A stretch of 28,587 nucleotides of DNA, from IMG/VR virus record IMGVR_UViG_3300031820_000015, positions 1 to 28,587 of that record; one strand, 5' to 3'. Positions within the stretch are counted from its first letter, which is position 1. Each line of letters begins with the position of its first letter. The notes under the pieces were generated by a model that was not told the DNA's origin, ran no database searches, and saw nothing but the letters and a program-made list of their open reading frames with translations. This document shows, in pieces, positions 8,393-17,281 of the stretch. The DNA is from a virus. Its lineage: Duplodnaviria; Caudoviricetes. The translations under genes were made by a program, and so were the position numbers.

Positions 8393-8922
8393 GCGAGATT
8401 CCCAACGAGGCTCCTCCTGGTGACGATGGCACGCAAGCCGGTCCTGAGGCCAAACTCGACCCTGATCTCGATACCTTTTTGAAATCCCGCCAAGCGGCTC
8501 ATCGTTCGGCAATTCCCAACACGCTTCCGCCAAAAGAAGACAGCAGTTCACCTCTTCCAGGAGTTCGCGATGTTAAAATACAGCCCTCCAAAAATCCCTG
8601 TCACTGCGGAACCTGCAAAGGTGGTGTCCCCGGCAATCCCCTCGTCCACTGGTACTGCGACACCTGCGGAGCCGGCCCCTATCTCTTCAAGCAGCGACCC
8701 CCTTACCTCCGTGCTCAACTCCCTCCAGGCCCTCCTGACCCCAGACGACCCGGAGACCCAGGATTGCCGGGTGTCTGGCATGCGTGCGGTGAGGAGTGCG
8801 CTGAGCCTCAACGACGAGCGGCGGCTGCTCGCGAGCATTTTTCCCTCGCTCGATGGAAGAGTGTGGGAACGGAATCTGGAGCGGGCAGCGGGGCGCGGGG
8901 AAACGCTGACGCAACAGGTTGA
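8389..8922 (+). CDS. Pro-rich Zn-finger-like protein
   Basis: GAGG SD, ATGA coupling; CHCGTC, CDTC, HACGEEC. Confidence 0.6.
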   Translation: MSEIPNEAPPGDDGTQAGPEAKLDPDLDTFLKSRQAAHRSAIPNTLPPKEDSSSPLPGVRDVKIQPSKNPCHCGTCKGGVPGNPLVHWYCDTCGAGPYLFKQRPPYLRAQLPPGPPDPRRPGDPGLPGVWHACGEECAEPQRRAAAAREHFSLARWKSVGTESGAGSGARGNADATG

Positions 8923-8968
8923 AGAAGCGATTCAATTCTACTTTGATAATTACCTCGGCTATTCGTAA
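8570..8968 (+). CDS. hypothetical protein with RHH-like C-terminus, overlapping the previous gene
   Basis: AGGAG SD at 8560-8564; stop TAA merges into the SD of the next gene; C-terminal LERAA..G.TLTQQVEEAI..Y. Confidence 0.5.
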   Translation: MLKYSPPKIPVTAEPAKVVSPAIPSSTGTATPAEPAPISSSSDPLTSVLNSLQALLTPDDPETQDCRVSGMRAVRSALSLNDERRLLASIFPSLDGRVWERNLERAAGRGETLTQQVEEAIQFYFDNYLGYS

Positions 8969-8978
8969 GGAGGCATCT

Positions 8979-11006
8979 ATGAAAAAACTCTTTCTGCTCT
9001 TCGTCTGTTTACTCATCTTTCCCATCCTTGCCCACGCGGTCGCCACGCAAAAAGGCGGCAATCTCTTTCGGAATTATGCTGGCACAGGTTCCGATACAAG
9101 TCCTTCCTTCGATGTGGCTGGTTATCAAGTCGCCACCTTCTCAGTTTCAGGGACATTTTCCGCAACCCTCATTCCAGAAACCACCATCAACGGTGTCGAT
9201 TGGTTCGGGCTCACCTGCTTTCAGCTCGATGGCACGACCCCCATCACGGCGTTTACGTTGGCGGGGAATTGGCGGTGCAATATCACGGGCAACACGAACG
9301 TCAGAGTCAGACGATCGAGTTATTCCTCTGGCACGTTCAACGTCGATGTGAACGTATCCGACCAAGGGACGCCGATTACCAAACAAGGGGGCGGTGGTGG
9401 GGGCGGCGGCGTATCGAGTGTGGACGCGACGAGTGGCGTCGAAACCATCACCGGCACGCCGATCAGTTCAAACGGCACTATTCGTGGTTCCGCATATGTC
9501 AACGACCAAAGCGGCACGACGTACACGCTCGACGTGAGCGATCGCGGGAAACTCGTGTCGTTCAGTAATTCGAGTCCCATCGCGGTGAGTGCCGTGGGCA
9601 ATCTCAATGGCTGGTACACCGACATCGAAAATCGCGGGGTAAATACGGTGACGATCACGCCGACGGTCGGTCTCATCGATGGGATAGCGAGCCTCGCGGT
9701 GGGACCGAGTTCCGGCGTTCGCCTGTTCAGTAATGGCACCAACTATTTTACGATGCGGGGCGGTGGTTCTGGTGGTGCTCCCATCGATGCTGGTTTCCTT
9801 ACTGATCGGGCGAACGGCGTACTCTCGAATGAAATCAACCTAGGCGCACTCACGACGGGCGCGTTGATCGGCACGGTCTCGGGAGGAATCTCAATCATTT
9901 CCGCGTTCGCGGGTGTCACCTGCACGAATCAGGTGCTCCGTATTCTGCCAGCGGCCCTGACGGGAGCGACCTGCGTTACAATCACGTCGGCCTTTGTGGA
10001 TAGTTCGGTCGCTGTCACGGGTGCCTCGAACGCCTGGGCTTCCGGCGTGAAACAAACCTTTGCGCCGAATACAACGACGTCAGGATTCAACGTGGGGACG
10101 TTCGCCGGCGATCCGTCTACACCGGTTGACGGTGATGAGCATTACAACAGCTCGACGTTGGCCTTTCGCTTTCGTGAAAATGGAGCCTGGCGTGGATTAG
10201 GGATTGCAGCGGAAACCTTGGATCTCCAAGGCACTTTTGCGCTCGGAAAATCCATTACAGGTGCGAACTCACGAGCCAACGCCTTTCGAGTGGGCGATGG
10301 GGTCACGCCCATGTGTCACTGGACAGACGCAACGCTTGGACCCATGGCACGGGCCTGCACGGATGCGAATACGCTGACCATTATCGCCTCTACATTTATC
10401 TATAAAATCTGGGATGAAGCCGGCGCACTCTCGATGGAAGAAATCAAACCATCTGGAGCGAGCCCAGACCTCATGTGGCAGTATGTGAATGCCACCTATC
10501 GCCCGAAAGGAACGGTCTCGTGGAACGCCGACGCGATGCACACGGACGGAACCCAATGCGGCCAACCCACCGAGCGCATTCTCAATTCCGGTGCGCCAAT
10601 GGCGACGATCATCTGCACGAACAACGCCTCGTCGTCGATCTATGGACAAGTGGAGATGCCGGATCGCTGGGACGGGGGGACCGTCACGTTCATGTGGACC
10701 GGCGTGCAAACGGCGGCAGACACCGCGATCATGAATAGCCATATCGCAGCGGCCTGTCGAGCGAGTGGCGACACGATCAACAATACCTGGGGCACCTCGC
10801 AGACGTTGAACATTGCCGCGGTTGGCGGCTCGAATAAAAAGGATCGCGTGACGAGTGCGGCCGTGACGCCGAACGGCACCTGTACCAATAACGGCACCCT
10901 GCTCGAATGGCGCTGGCAGCTTGATACGAGTACGACAACCGCTGTGGCGACATTACACAATCTCAGTGTGAAGATGGAATACGCCACGAAGAGTCGGAGC
11001 GATTAA
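8979..11006 (+). CDS. modular fibre/adaptor-like virion protein with Sec signal peptide
   Basis: AAGGAGG SD gives start MKKLFLLFVCLLIFPILAHA; beta-rich modules (SGTFSAT...NGVDW; NDQSGTTYTL...SNGTNY; MPDRWDGGTVTF), poly-Gly linkers, 10 mature Cys. Confidence 0.75.
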   Translation: MKKLFLLFVCLLIFPILAHAVATQKGGNLFRNYAGTGSDTSPSFDVAGYQVATFSVSGTFSATLIPETTINGVDWFGLTCFQLDGTTPITAFTLAGNWRCNITGNTNVRVRRSSYSSGTFNVDVNVSDQGTPITKQGGGGGGGGVSSVDATSGVETITGTPISSNGTIRGSAYVNDQSGTTYTLDVSDRGKLVSFSNSSPIAVSAVGNLNGWYTDIENRGVNTVTITPTVGLIDGIASLAVGPSSGVRLFSNGTNYFTMRGGGSGGAPIDAGFLTDRANGVLSNEINLGALTTGALIGTVSGGISIISAFAGVTCTNQVLRILPAALTGATCVTITSAFVDSSVAVTGASNAWASGVKQTFAPNTTTSGFNVGTFAGDPSTPVDGDEHYNSSTLAFRFRENGAWRGLGIAAETLDLQGTFALGKSITGANSRANAFRVGDGVTPMCHWTDATLGPMARACTDANTLTIIASTFIYKIWDEAGALSMEEIKPSGASPDLMWQYVNATYRPKGTVSWNADAMHTDGTQCGQPTERILNSGAPMATIICTNNASSSIYGQVEMPDRWDGGTVTFMWTGVQTAADTAIMNSHIAAACRASGDTINNTWGTSQTLNIAAVGGSNKKDRVTSAAVTPNGTCTNNGTLLEWRWQLDTSTTTAVATLHNLSVKMEYATKSRSD

Positions 11007-11696
11007 ATGCTACGAACTATTCTCACAATACTGCTTTGGTTGTTTACTCTGCCAGCCTTGGCGGATGTGACCTTTGATAATGGGACACAGGATAGCGTCC
11101 ATACCGCATCCTCTTTTAGTTTTAACCATACGACGGGGAGCGGAAACAATCGCTTATTGACCGTCCTCATTGCGGTGAATGGAACTGATGTTACTTCCGT
11201 TACGTATAACTCTGTTGGATTAACTCTCAAAACACGGTCGAATAGTTTGGGGAAACATGCCGAGGAATGGTATCTCGTGAATCCGGCGACCGGATCTAAT
11301 AGTGTCGCCGTGGTACTTGGCGCGTCCCAGGAAGTCATGGCGCGTGCCGTTTCATTCGCTGGCGTTGACCAAAGTAACCCTTTAGGGACTTCACAGGTGG
11401 CGTCCAATAGTTCTGGCACATCCACGTCCGTCACGATTAGTGCCACATCGAACGGCCAGTGTATTGATACACTTACGCTTGATCAGACCACTTCTGCGGA
11501 GACGGCAAATACTGGCCAGGTGAATACTTCAATTCTGAACACCGGCAGCAATCTGCACACCGCATCCTCCACGGAGCCAGGCTCTACCTGTGCGACCCAG
11601 GGCTGGAGTTGGACGACCAGTTCGCTGAATGTTTACATTGCGACTCCCATCAATGCCGCAGCAGGGAGAGTAGGGAATCCGATTATCTTTCAATAA
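11007..11696 (+). CDS. Ser/Thr-rich beta-sandwich receptor-binding/fibre-tip-like protein with signal peptide
   Basis: MLRTILTILLWLFTLPALA; SFNHT.GSG.NRLL.V...VTSVTYN.V.LT...WYLVNP.TG...SF.GVDQ pattern I recall from phage structural proteins. Confidence 0.7.
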   Translation: MLRTILTILLWLFTLPALADVTFDNGTQDSVHTASSFSFNHTTGSGNNRLLTVLIAVNGTDVTSVTYNSVGLTLKTRSNSLGKHAEEWYLVNPATGSNSVAVVLGASQEVMARAVSFAGVDQSNPLGTSQVASNSSGTSTSVTISATSNGQCIDTLTLDQTTSAETANTGQVNTSILNTGSNLHTASSTEPGSTCATQGWSWTTSSLNVYIATPINAAAGRVGNPIIFQ

Positions 11697-11706
11697 AGGA
11701 GCCTGC

Positions 11707-13869
11707 ATGAAAACCTTCGCCCTCAGCGTGCTCTTCCTCCTCGTCACAAGCCCTCTGTGGGCTGCGAATGTCTACTGGGCCTCCTCCGCCGGTAGTAACA
11801 CGCCAACCTGTTCCGCCATTAAAAGCACGGGGACAGCGGACGCGCCGGGGACTGACCCTGGCAGCTACGGGACCATTGGTGCCGCAGCAAATTGTGCCAC
11901 GGTGGGAGGCGATGTGGTTAATATTAAAGCGGGGACCTATACGAATAGTAACAATCGGATTAAAACCGACGCCGAAACGACAGGCTTCGCCAGCGGGACA
12001 AGTCTTTCGGTGCAGACCTATCTTCAAGGCAATCCTGGCTCACGCCCTCTTATTAGCTTTCCGAATTTTTACCAAACCTATGACACGACTGCCGGTCGTC
12101 GGAATTATATCACGATTCGCAATCTGACGATTGATGGGACAGGCGGCAGCGATGCGGGCGGAGCCGAAATCTTTATGAACGGAGCGTATGTCACGGTGGA
12201 CAATGTCGAAGTCAAAAATAGTTATGCTGTCGCAGTGGCAGCTATTACAGGCGGGACGCTTGGATTGTCCACGACGAGTCATCATCATACGATACGGAAC
12301 AGTAATATCCACGGCGCAGGAGGAGGCGAAGGCGCGCCAGGACAAGGCAACGCCTATTGTTTTTACTTCACAACATCTGACGCACTCATTGAGAATAATG
12401 AGTGTCATGGGAATAAAGGATCAGGAGGACAAATCTATGCTGATCAGTGGGCCGTCCCCAACGGCACTCTGCGCTACAATTATTTCCACGATATGATCCT
12501 AGCAACCAGAGTGGGCCAGGAGGGGCGCTGTACCGGGATGGCGTTCAATGGACCAAACACCCAGATTTACAATAATATCTTCGATGGGACGAGTTGCACG
12601 ACTTTAGGAGCAACAAATAGTTATGGCATCGCCGGAGGCTATCAGACGACGAACAAACTCCTTGTCTATAACAACGTCATTGTCAATTGGCGTGGCTACG
12701 GCATCACCTACGGGATTTTTGCGAAGACGCTCAATAATGAGTTCACGAACAATATTATCCTCGGCAACGCCTCTGGCGCCTATGCGAACGAAAGTGCGAA
12801 CAGCTCAACCGTTACAACGACGACGAATAAAACGACGGGCCTGGTCACGGATTGCACCGTCTCGACCACGAATTTCGTTCAGAAAGGCGGGTCTGCATGC
12901 TTGAATGCGGGTACCGCGATTTCCGGGCATTCCTATAACGATTCTGCGCCTGATATCGGCGCGTTCGAGAAAATGATCCTGACAACATGCTCGGTGGAGA
13001 ACGGCGATGCGGGCACCTTACGGATCAGCCTGAGTAATAATGCCTTCCCTCCGCTCCAACCGGTATCGGGGATCACTGGCTTTACGGCGAGGAAAGCGGG
13101 CGTCAATGATCCCATCACGGCTGCGGTACGAACGGGGACGAACCGAATAGATTTGACCTTGACAAACGCGATTGTCAATGGCGACACGATCGATTTTTCT
13201 TCAAGCGGTTCCGGGAATGTGACGGACAGTATCCTCATCGCCAATTCGCTAAATCAGCCATTTAATTCGGTGTTGACGAACCAAACGTGCATAAATAACG
13301 TGGGCGGTGCGGATACGTCCGTCAAGACGCAAACCGTCTTTCGTTGGAACGGCCTACGGGGCACCGAAGCCGCGCCGGTTGCCACCCCTTACGCAGGTGC
13401 CCCCGAGAACACGAACATTTTGATTGTGCCGGGCGGCAAAGCCCGGTTGCGGGTGGGTATTTCCTGTACCGTTGCCGACTGTCCACCGCTCGCATTCATT
13501 CCGCGCTACAGTCGAAACGGTGGGTCGTACACGGTGGTTCCTGATGTCTTTTCGACCGACAATATCGGCATGTGCGGAACCTCACCGGACGTCGATATCC
13601 CGAGTTCTGGAACGGCCACGACGCAACAACTCTCTGGATCTGGCACGTTTAAGACTGGGGCGCTGATTCGCACGAGCAATGCCGTGCCGTCCGTGGACAT
13701 GGTGCTCAATGGGCGAACCGAACTCGAATACTGCATCGCGATCGATAGTGATACGGCGTCGGGCGACACGTTTGATTTTCGAGCGTATCTCCAGGACGGT
13801 ACGCCGATTACGTACAACGTGACGCCGCGAGCGACGGTGATTGGGACGCAAGCGAACTTCGGGTTCTGA
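11707..13869 (+). CDS. right-handed beta-helix (pectin-lyase-like) tailspike/depolymerase-like protein with signal peptide and SwmB-like domain
   Basis: MKTFALSVLFLLVTSPLWA; GDVVNIKAGTY, TIRNLTIDG, IENNE, IYNNIF, VYNNVI, FTNNII repeats; S.CLNAG...APDIGAFE cap; LTLTNAI.NGDTI; 14 mature Cys. Confidence 0.8.
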   Translation: MKTFALSVLFLLVTSPLWAANVYWASSAGSNTPTCSAIKSTGTADAPGTDPGSYGTIGAAANCATVGGDVVNIKAGTYTNSNNRIKTDAETTGFASGTSLSVQTYLQGNPGSRPLISFPNFYQTYDTTAGRRNYITIRNLTIDGTGGSDAGGAEIFMNGAYVTVDNVEVKNSYAVAVAAITGGTLGLSTTSHHHTIRNSNIHGAGGGEGAPGQGNAYCFYFTTSDALIENNECHGNKGSGGQIYADQWAVPNGTLRYNYFHDMILATRVGQEGRCTGMAFNGPNTQIYNNIFDGTSCTTLGATNSYGIAGGYQTTNKLLVYNNVIVNWRGYGITYGIFAKTLNNEFTNNIILGNASGAYANESANSSTVTTTTNKTTGLVTDCTVSTTNFVQKGGSACLNAGTAISGHSYNDSAPDIGAFEKMILTTCSVENGDAGTLRISLSNNAFPPLQPVSGITGFTARKAGVNDPITAAVRTGTNRIDLTLTNAIVNGDTIDFSSSGSGNVTDSILIANSLNQPFNSVLTNQTCINNVGGADTSVKTQTVFRWNGLRGTEAAPVATPYAGAPENTNILIVPGGKARLRVGISCTVADCPPLAFIPRYSRNGGSYTVVPDVFSTDNIGMCGTSPDVDIPSSGTATTQQLSGSGTFKTGALIRTSNAVPSVDMVLNGRTELEYCIAIDSDTASGDTFDFRAYLQDGTPITYNVTPRATVIGTQANFGF

Positions 13870-13887
13870 TGCTGAGAGGGTGCGGTG

Positions 13888-14040
13888 ATGGCGTGGTCTC
13901 GCCATTGTCCCCGCTGTCGGAAGTTGCTGACGAAGGAATGGCCTGATGAAGATTGGCTCTGTGCCTGGTGTGGATGGAGTGGGGCGGATGATGTGAGCGA
14001 GCGAGGCGATGACCGGCGATACGATGAATCTGCATCCTGA
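13888..14040 (+). CDS. 50-aa Zn-ribbon protein (below ORF-track cutoff)
   Basis: MAWSRHCPRC...WLCAWCGW; GAGAGG SD. Confidence 0.65.
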   Translation: MAWSRHCPRCRKLLTKEWPDEDWLCAWCGWSGADDVSERGDDRRYDESAS

Positions 14041-14353
14041 TCTCTTTGCGATTCTGTTACAGTTGGAGCGACGCATGGGGTTTGACTTAACGATCAATTC
14101 TGGCTATCGCACTCCTGAACACAATGAAGCGGTCGGCGGTGTGAAAGATAGCGAGCATATGGACGACCCCGCTCGTGCGGCTGATGTGTTCTGTCGGCGC
14201 TCCGTGACGCGCTACCAGATGCTCAAGGAGCTGTTCGCGATGGGTGTTCGACGCATTGGCATCGGGCCGACGTTCATTCATGTGGGGATTTCGACTGATC
14301 TGCCGCTCGATGTAGCCTGGGATTATTACCAAAATGAAACGAGTCAGACGTAA
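14009..14353 (+). CDS. peptidase M15 (D-Ala-D-Ala metallopeptidase fold), probable endolysin
   Basis: INSGYRTPEHN..VGG..S.H.....AAD and RIGIG.TFIHV; start may be 14024. Confidence 0.88.
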   Translation: MTGDTMNLHPDLFAILLQLERRMGFDLTINSGYRTPEHNEAVGGVKDSEHMDDPARAADVFCRRSVTRYQMLKELFAMGVRRIGIGPTFIHVGISTDLPLDVAWDYYQNETSQT

Positions 14354-14531
14354 ACATTCAGATCGTCTCCTCGCTCCTGGGCGTGCCAGCAATTGGGAGA
14401 TGCAAGGTCTACGAGCCGGGGGCTACTGGCGTGACACGCGCTGGACCTATCCGTGGCGATCGTTGAGTGATCCGTTCCATCCGCGCACGAAACAAGAATG
14501 GGAAGAACGCCGTGATCGATCAAGCGACTGA
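14334..14531 (+). CDS. Arg/Trp-rich hypothetical protein
   Basis: Fills the gap between peptidase and portal with short overlaps. Confidence 0.45.
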   Translation: MKRVRRKHSDRLLAPGRASNWEMQGLRAGGYWRDTRWTYPWRSLSDPFHPRTKQEWEERRDRSSD

Positions 14532-16224
14532 ACGCGCCCATCCCAAAGATTCTGCGCCTCCTATCGAACGCTCGCTGATTCGTGATGGCGAACAAAAACT
14601 GTGCGATTGGGGGGAAGCGTTGCTCGAAGAAGCGTCGAAGGCCAAAAAGGAATTGGCGCACGATGATCAGTGGGACGACGTAGAAAACAACTTCTGGGGC
14701 GAACAGTGGCCAACCTCGACACCGACGTTTAAGCCGCCGATTGTCGTAAACGAAATGCAGAAGTTAGTCTTTGAAGAAGTGAGCGACTTGACAGATACGA
14801 AAGTCGGCGTCTTCATTCATAAGGATGCCGCCGATCCTGAACGGGATGAAGAAATCGAGAAATCATTTCAGGCATTGTGGCAGCGCGAATTCGTCGATTA
14901 TCAACTCATGCTCGCTCTCGTCAATGCGAGTGTCAAACCGTGCGGATTCATGGGCTGTTTCTGGGAGCCCACGAAGTATCACGGCCAAGGTGAAGTCGTC
15001 ATTGTGTCGTTGAATCCGAAGCATGTTCATCCTGATCCTGACGCCGAAGATGATGAACGCTGGCGCTACGTGATCTACGAAGATCCGTTGGATCTCGTCT
15101 TGATTCGCAGTACCTGGGTCGATCAAGGTTGGCGCGTGAAACCGGAAGCGAACTTGTCCACGATGCTCGATGCCGGGAGCAGCACGAAGTCGAGTGGCCG
15201 ATTTAAGGGACCATTGTATGCGCCTGGTTCGGGCTTGATTGCCGAAGGCTATGCGAAAGCGCGGGCGGTCGTGAAGACACTCTTCATCTATGATGACGAA
15301 CTGGAAGAGACGGTCGATACGTTTACGGGACCAGATGGCGAAGAACAGGCTCGCGTCTATGTCGTCCAGAAATATCCGAATGGACGGATGTTGCAATGGT
15401 GCAACAACGTCGTGCTGTTCGATGGCCCGAATCCCTATTACGGCCGGTTCCCGATCATTCGCGTCACGCTCGTCCTTTCCCCTGGTTATTTCTGGCCTCC
15501 CCAGAGTCCGGTCCAAGGCGTCGTCGAACTCCAAAAAGCCTCGAACAAGATGGAAAGCCAAACCGTCGAGAACGCGATCCGCTTGAATAATGGCACCGTC
15601 ATTGCTGACGCGAACAGCGGGATCAATCCCTCGAACTATGCGCGGATTCCCGGCCAGCCGATTTTGACGAAGCAAGGCACGAAGGCGACGATTGTGTATC
15701 CACCACCGATGCCGCCGGATATGGTGAATGCGGGTGAACGGATGCGCGGCATTCTCCGCTCGCAGATGGGATTTACGCCGAGTCGAATCGGTACAGGGCA
15801 GCGTGGCAATGTTTCGGCGGAACTGAACGAGACTGAGATTTCGCAAGCGATGAGTTTATCTCGGCTGCGAGGTCGGCTATTGCATATGGCGGTACAAAAG
15901 CTCGCGCAAATGATTCTGGAGCGCATGGTGCAGTTCTATACGACGGTTCGCCGGATGCCGTACATCGCGGGAAGCAGGTGGGAGAAGGTGACGTGGAATC
16001 CCGTCGATCACAACGCCATGTATAAAGCCCTCGTCGATCCCGCGTCGTTCCAGGTCAAGAGCAAGGTGATGATGCAACGGTTATATTTGGCGCTGGCGAA
16101 GTTGGGCAAAATTTCCTCACAGGATTTGCTAGAAATGCTCGAATTGCCGAACGCCGAACAGATGGCGCAACGGTTGAATCAGGAACTCGAACTGGCAGCA
16201 GAAGCCAATAAGAAGAAGTCATGA
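14512..16224 (+). CDS. portal protein (P22-like)
   Basis: PPIVVNEM, NPKHVHPDPDA...RYV, VLFDGPNPY...FPI, LQ...NKM.S...EN; about 570 aa; between terL and scaffold. Start uncertain (GTG 14512 or 14467). Confidence 0.88.
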   Translation: MIDQATERAHPKDSAPPIERSLIRDGEQKLCDWGEALLEEASKAKKELAHDDQWDDVENNFWGEQWPTSTPTFKPPIVVNEMQKLVFEEVSDLTDTKVGVFIHKDAADPERDEEIEKSFQALWQREFVDYQLMLALVNASVKPCGFMGCFWEPTKYHGQGEVVIVSLNPKHVHPDPDAEDDERWRYVIYEDPLDLVLIRSTWVDQGWRVKPEANLSTMLDAGSSTKSSGRFKGPLYAPGSGLIAEGYAKARAVVKTLFIYDDELEETVDTFTGPDGEEQARVYVVQKYPNGRMLQWCNNVVLFDGPNPYYGRFPIIRVTLVLSPGYFWPPQSPVQGVVELQKASNKMESQTVENAIRLNNGTVIADANSGINPSNYARIPGQPILTKQGTKATIVYPPPMPPDMVNAGERMRGILRSQMGFTPSRIGTGQRGNVSAELNETEISQAMSLSRLRGRLLHMAVQKLAQMILERMVQFYTTVRRMPYIAGSRWEKVTWNPVDHNAMYKALVDPASFQVKSKVMMQRLYLALAKLGKISSQDLLEMLELPNAEQMAQRLNQELELAAEANKKKS

Positions 16225-16445
16225 GCGAACGAGTCAGCATCGGCTCGCGCAAGGCGAGCGGCGCGTGGGTGACGGTGATCGGCTTCGTCGCGGATCGCCG
16301 GGTGATGGCGGACATTCCTCGGCACTCGCTGGAGGGTAAATCGGACGCCGAATGCGACGAGACGATGAAGCGACATCTGCTTCAGGTTTATCGCTACCAG
16401 AAGGAGTTTCCTGGTGGAGAACGAGTTCTTCAGTCTGGACATTAA
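16221..16445 (+). CDS. hypothetical protein
   Basis: ATGA coupling to the portal stop. Confidence 0.65.
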   Translation: MSERVSIGSRKASGAWVTVIGFVADRRVMADIPRHSLEGKSDAECDETMKRHLLQVYRYQKEFPGGERVLQSGH

Positions 16446-16590
16446 CGGGGTGCAGGTGCCGTTGCCGGTGCTGGCGATTATGGCCGTGTCGTCGTTCATC
16501 ACACGGGAACAGACGGGGCAGTTGACATTTCATTTTACGAAGGGTACGCTACGGCAAATTCAGCGGAATGAGTTTGAGACTGTAGTTTAG
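16414..16590 (+). CDS. 58-aa YezD/DUF2292-like protein (below ORF-track cutoff)
   Basis: AAGGAG SD + GTG; C-terminal TGQLTFHFTKGTLRQIQRNE resembles the YezD G.V.I.IH.G.V.QI...E pattern. Confidence 0.6.
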   Translation: MENEFFSLDINGVQVPLPVLAIMAVSSFITREQTGQLTFHFTKGTLRQIQRNEFETVV

Positions 16591-16615
16591 GCAACTCGGG
16601 ACATCCGCATCCACG

Positions 16616-16656
16616 GACCCCGATTTTCCTCTCCAGGAAGGTCGGGGTTTTTTATT
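16616..16656 (+). terminator. intrinsic terminator upstream of the scaffold/capsid genes
   Basis: 15-bp stem GACCCCGATTTTCCT / AGGAAGGTCGGGGTT (3 G-U pairs), CTCC loop, followed by a U-tract. Confidence 0.85.
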
Positions 16657-16670
16657 GGAAGGAGGACGGT

Positions 16671-16826
16671 ATGAAAGATTCTCGCCCAGAAGATAACGGC
16701 AAAGGCGGTTCCTTGAAAGGACCGATGAGTACGAGCGGCGAAAGCCAGGGCAAAGTGACGACTTCGGATATGAAGTCGGTGCCTGATCCGTTGGGTCTGA
16801 CGAAGCAACTCAAGGATAAGGACTAA
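16671..16826 (+). CDS. 51-aa disordered protein (below ORF-track cutoff)
   Basis: AAGGAGG SD; MKDSRPEDNGKGGSLKGPM...PDPLGLTKQLKDKD; TAATG coupling. Confidence 0.75.
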   Translation: MKDSRPEDNGKGGSLKGPMSTSGESQGKVTTSDMKSVPDPLGLTKQLKDKD

Positions 16827-17170
16827 TGCAGCCGACGATTCCGATGGCGGGGACGGCGATGCCAGGAATGGGCCAACCGCCAATCGGTCCTGATCCCCAG
16901 GCGATGGAAGCGATGGCGATGTTGCAATCGCAGCCGTCTCCCCACATGGAAGATGAAACGCTGAACGAGGCGACCGATAAACTCGGGATCGCGTTGTCAC
17001 GGATTCATCTTCGCAGTCCGCGTGCGGCGAAACATCTCGCCAAAGCAATCGAGGAGATCCAGTCGGCGCGGGACATGCTCCTCGATGACCAGTCCGGTCC
17101 CATGGCACCTCCTCCGAATCTCATGGGCAGCATGAATTTGGGGAATCAAGGTCCGACCTATGGGGCATAA
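16826..17170 (+). CDS. Met/Pro-rich head-assembly-region protein
   Basis: Coupled start; helical hairpin core flanked by M/P/G low complexity. Confidence 0.75.
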   Translation: MQPTIPMAGTAMPGMGQPPIGPDPQAMEAMAMLQSQPSPHMEDETLNEATDKLGIALSRIHLRSPRAAKHLAKAIEEIQSARDMLLDDQSGPMAPPPNLMGSMNLGNQGPTYGA

Positions 17171-17182
17171 TCCACAACACAT

Positions 17183-17269
17183 GACACCGAGGTTCGTGAG
17201 TCACACAATCTTGATGACCTGCCGTTGGCAGAGTCGAGATGACGTGTCGGCTGCGGATTCCTTGCGTAG
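17183..17269 (+). promoter_or_regulatory. candidate structured RNA leader of the scaffold gene
   Basis: GACAC/GTGTC, ATCTTGA/TCGAGAT, CTGCC-GTT-GGCAG and CTGCG/CGTAG stems next to the GAGG SD. Confidence 0.5.
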
Positions 17270-17281
17270 TGAGGCGTGGCG

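Noticed and set aside
8919-8978. Longer starts given by the ORF track (8919, 20256, 21887, 24112, 25004)
   Set aside because: Downstream ATGs have better SD sequences or expose clean signal peptides.
14863-15846. 327-aa minus-strand ORF, and other long antisense ORFs such as 3303..3920, 17477..18091 and 27416..28027
   Set aside because: Antisense shadows of well-supported genes, with no motifs; expected from GC-rich codon bias.
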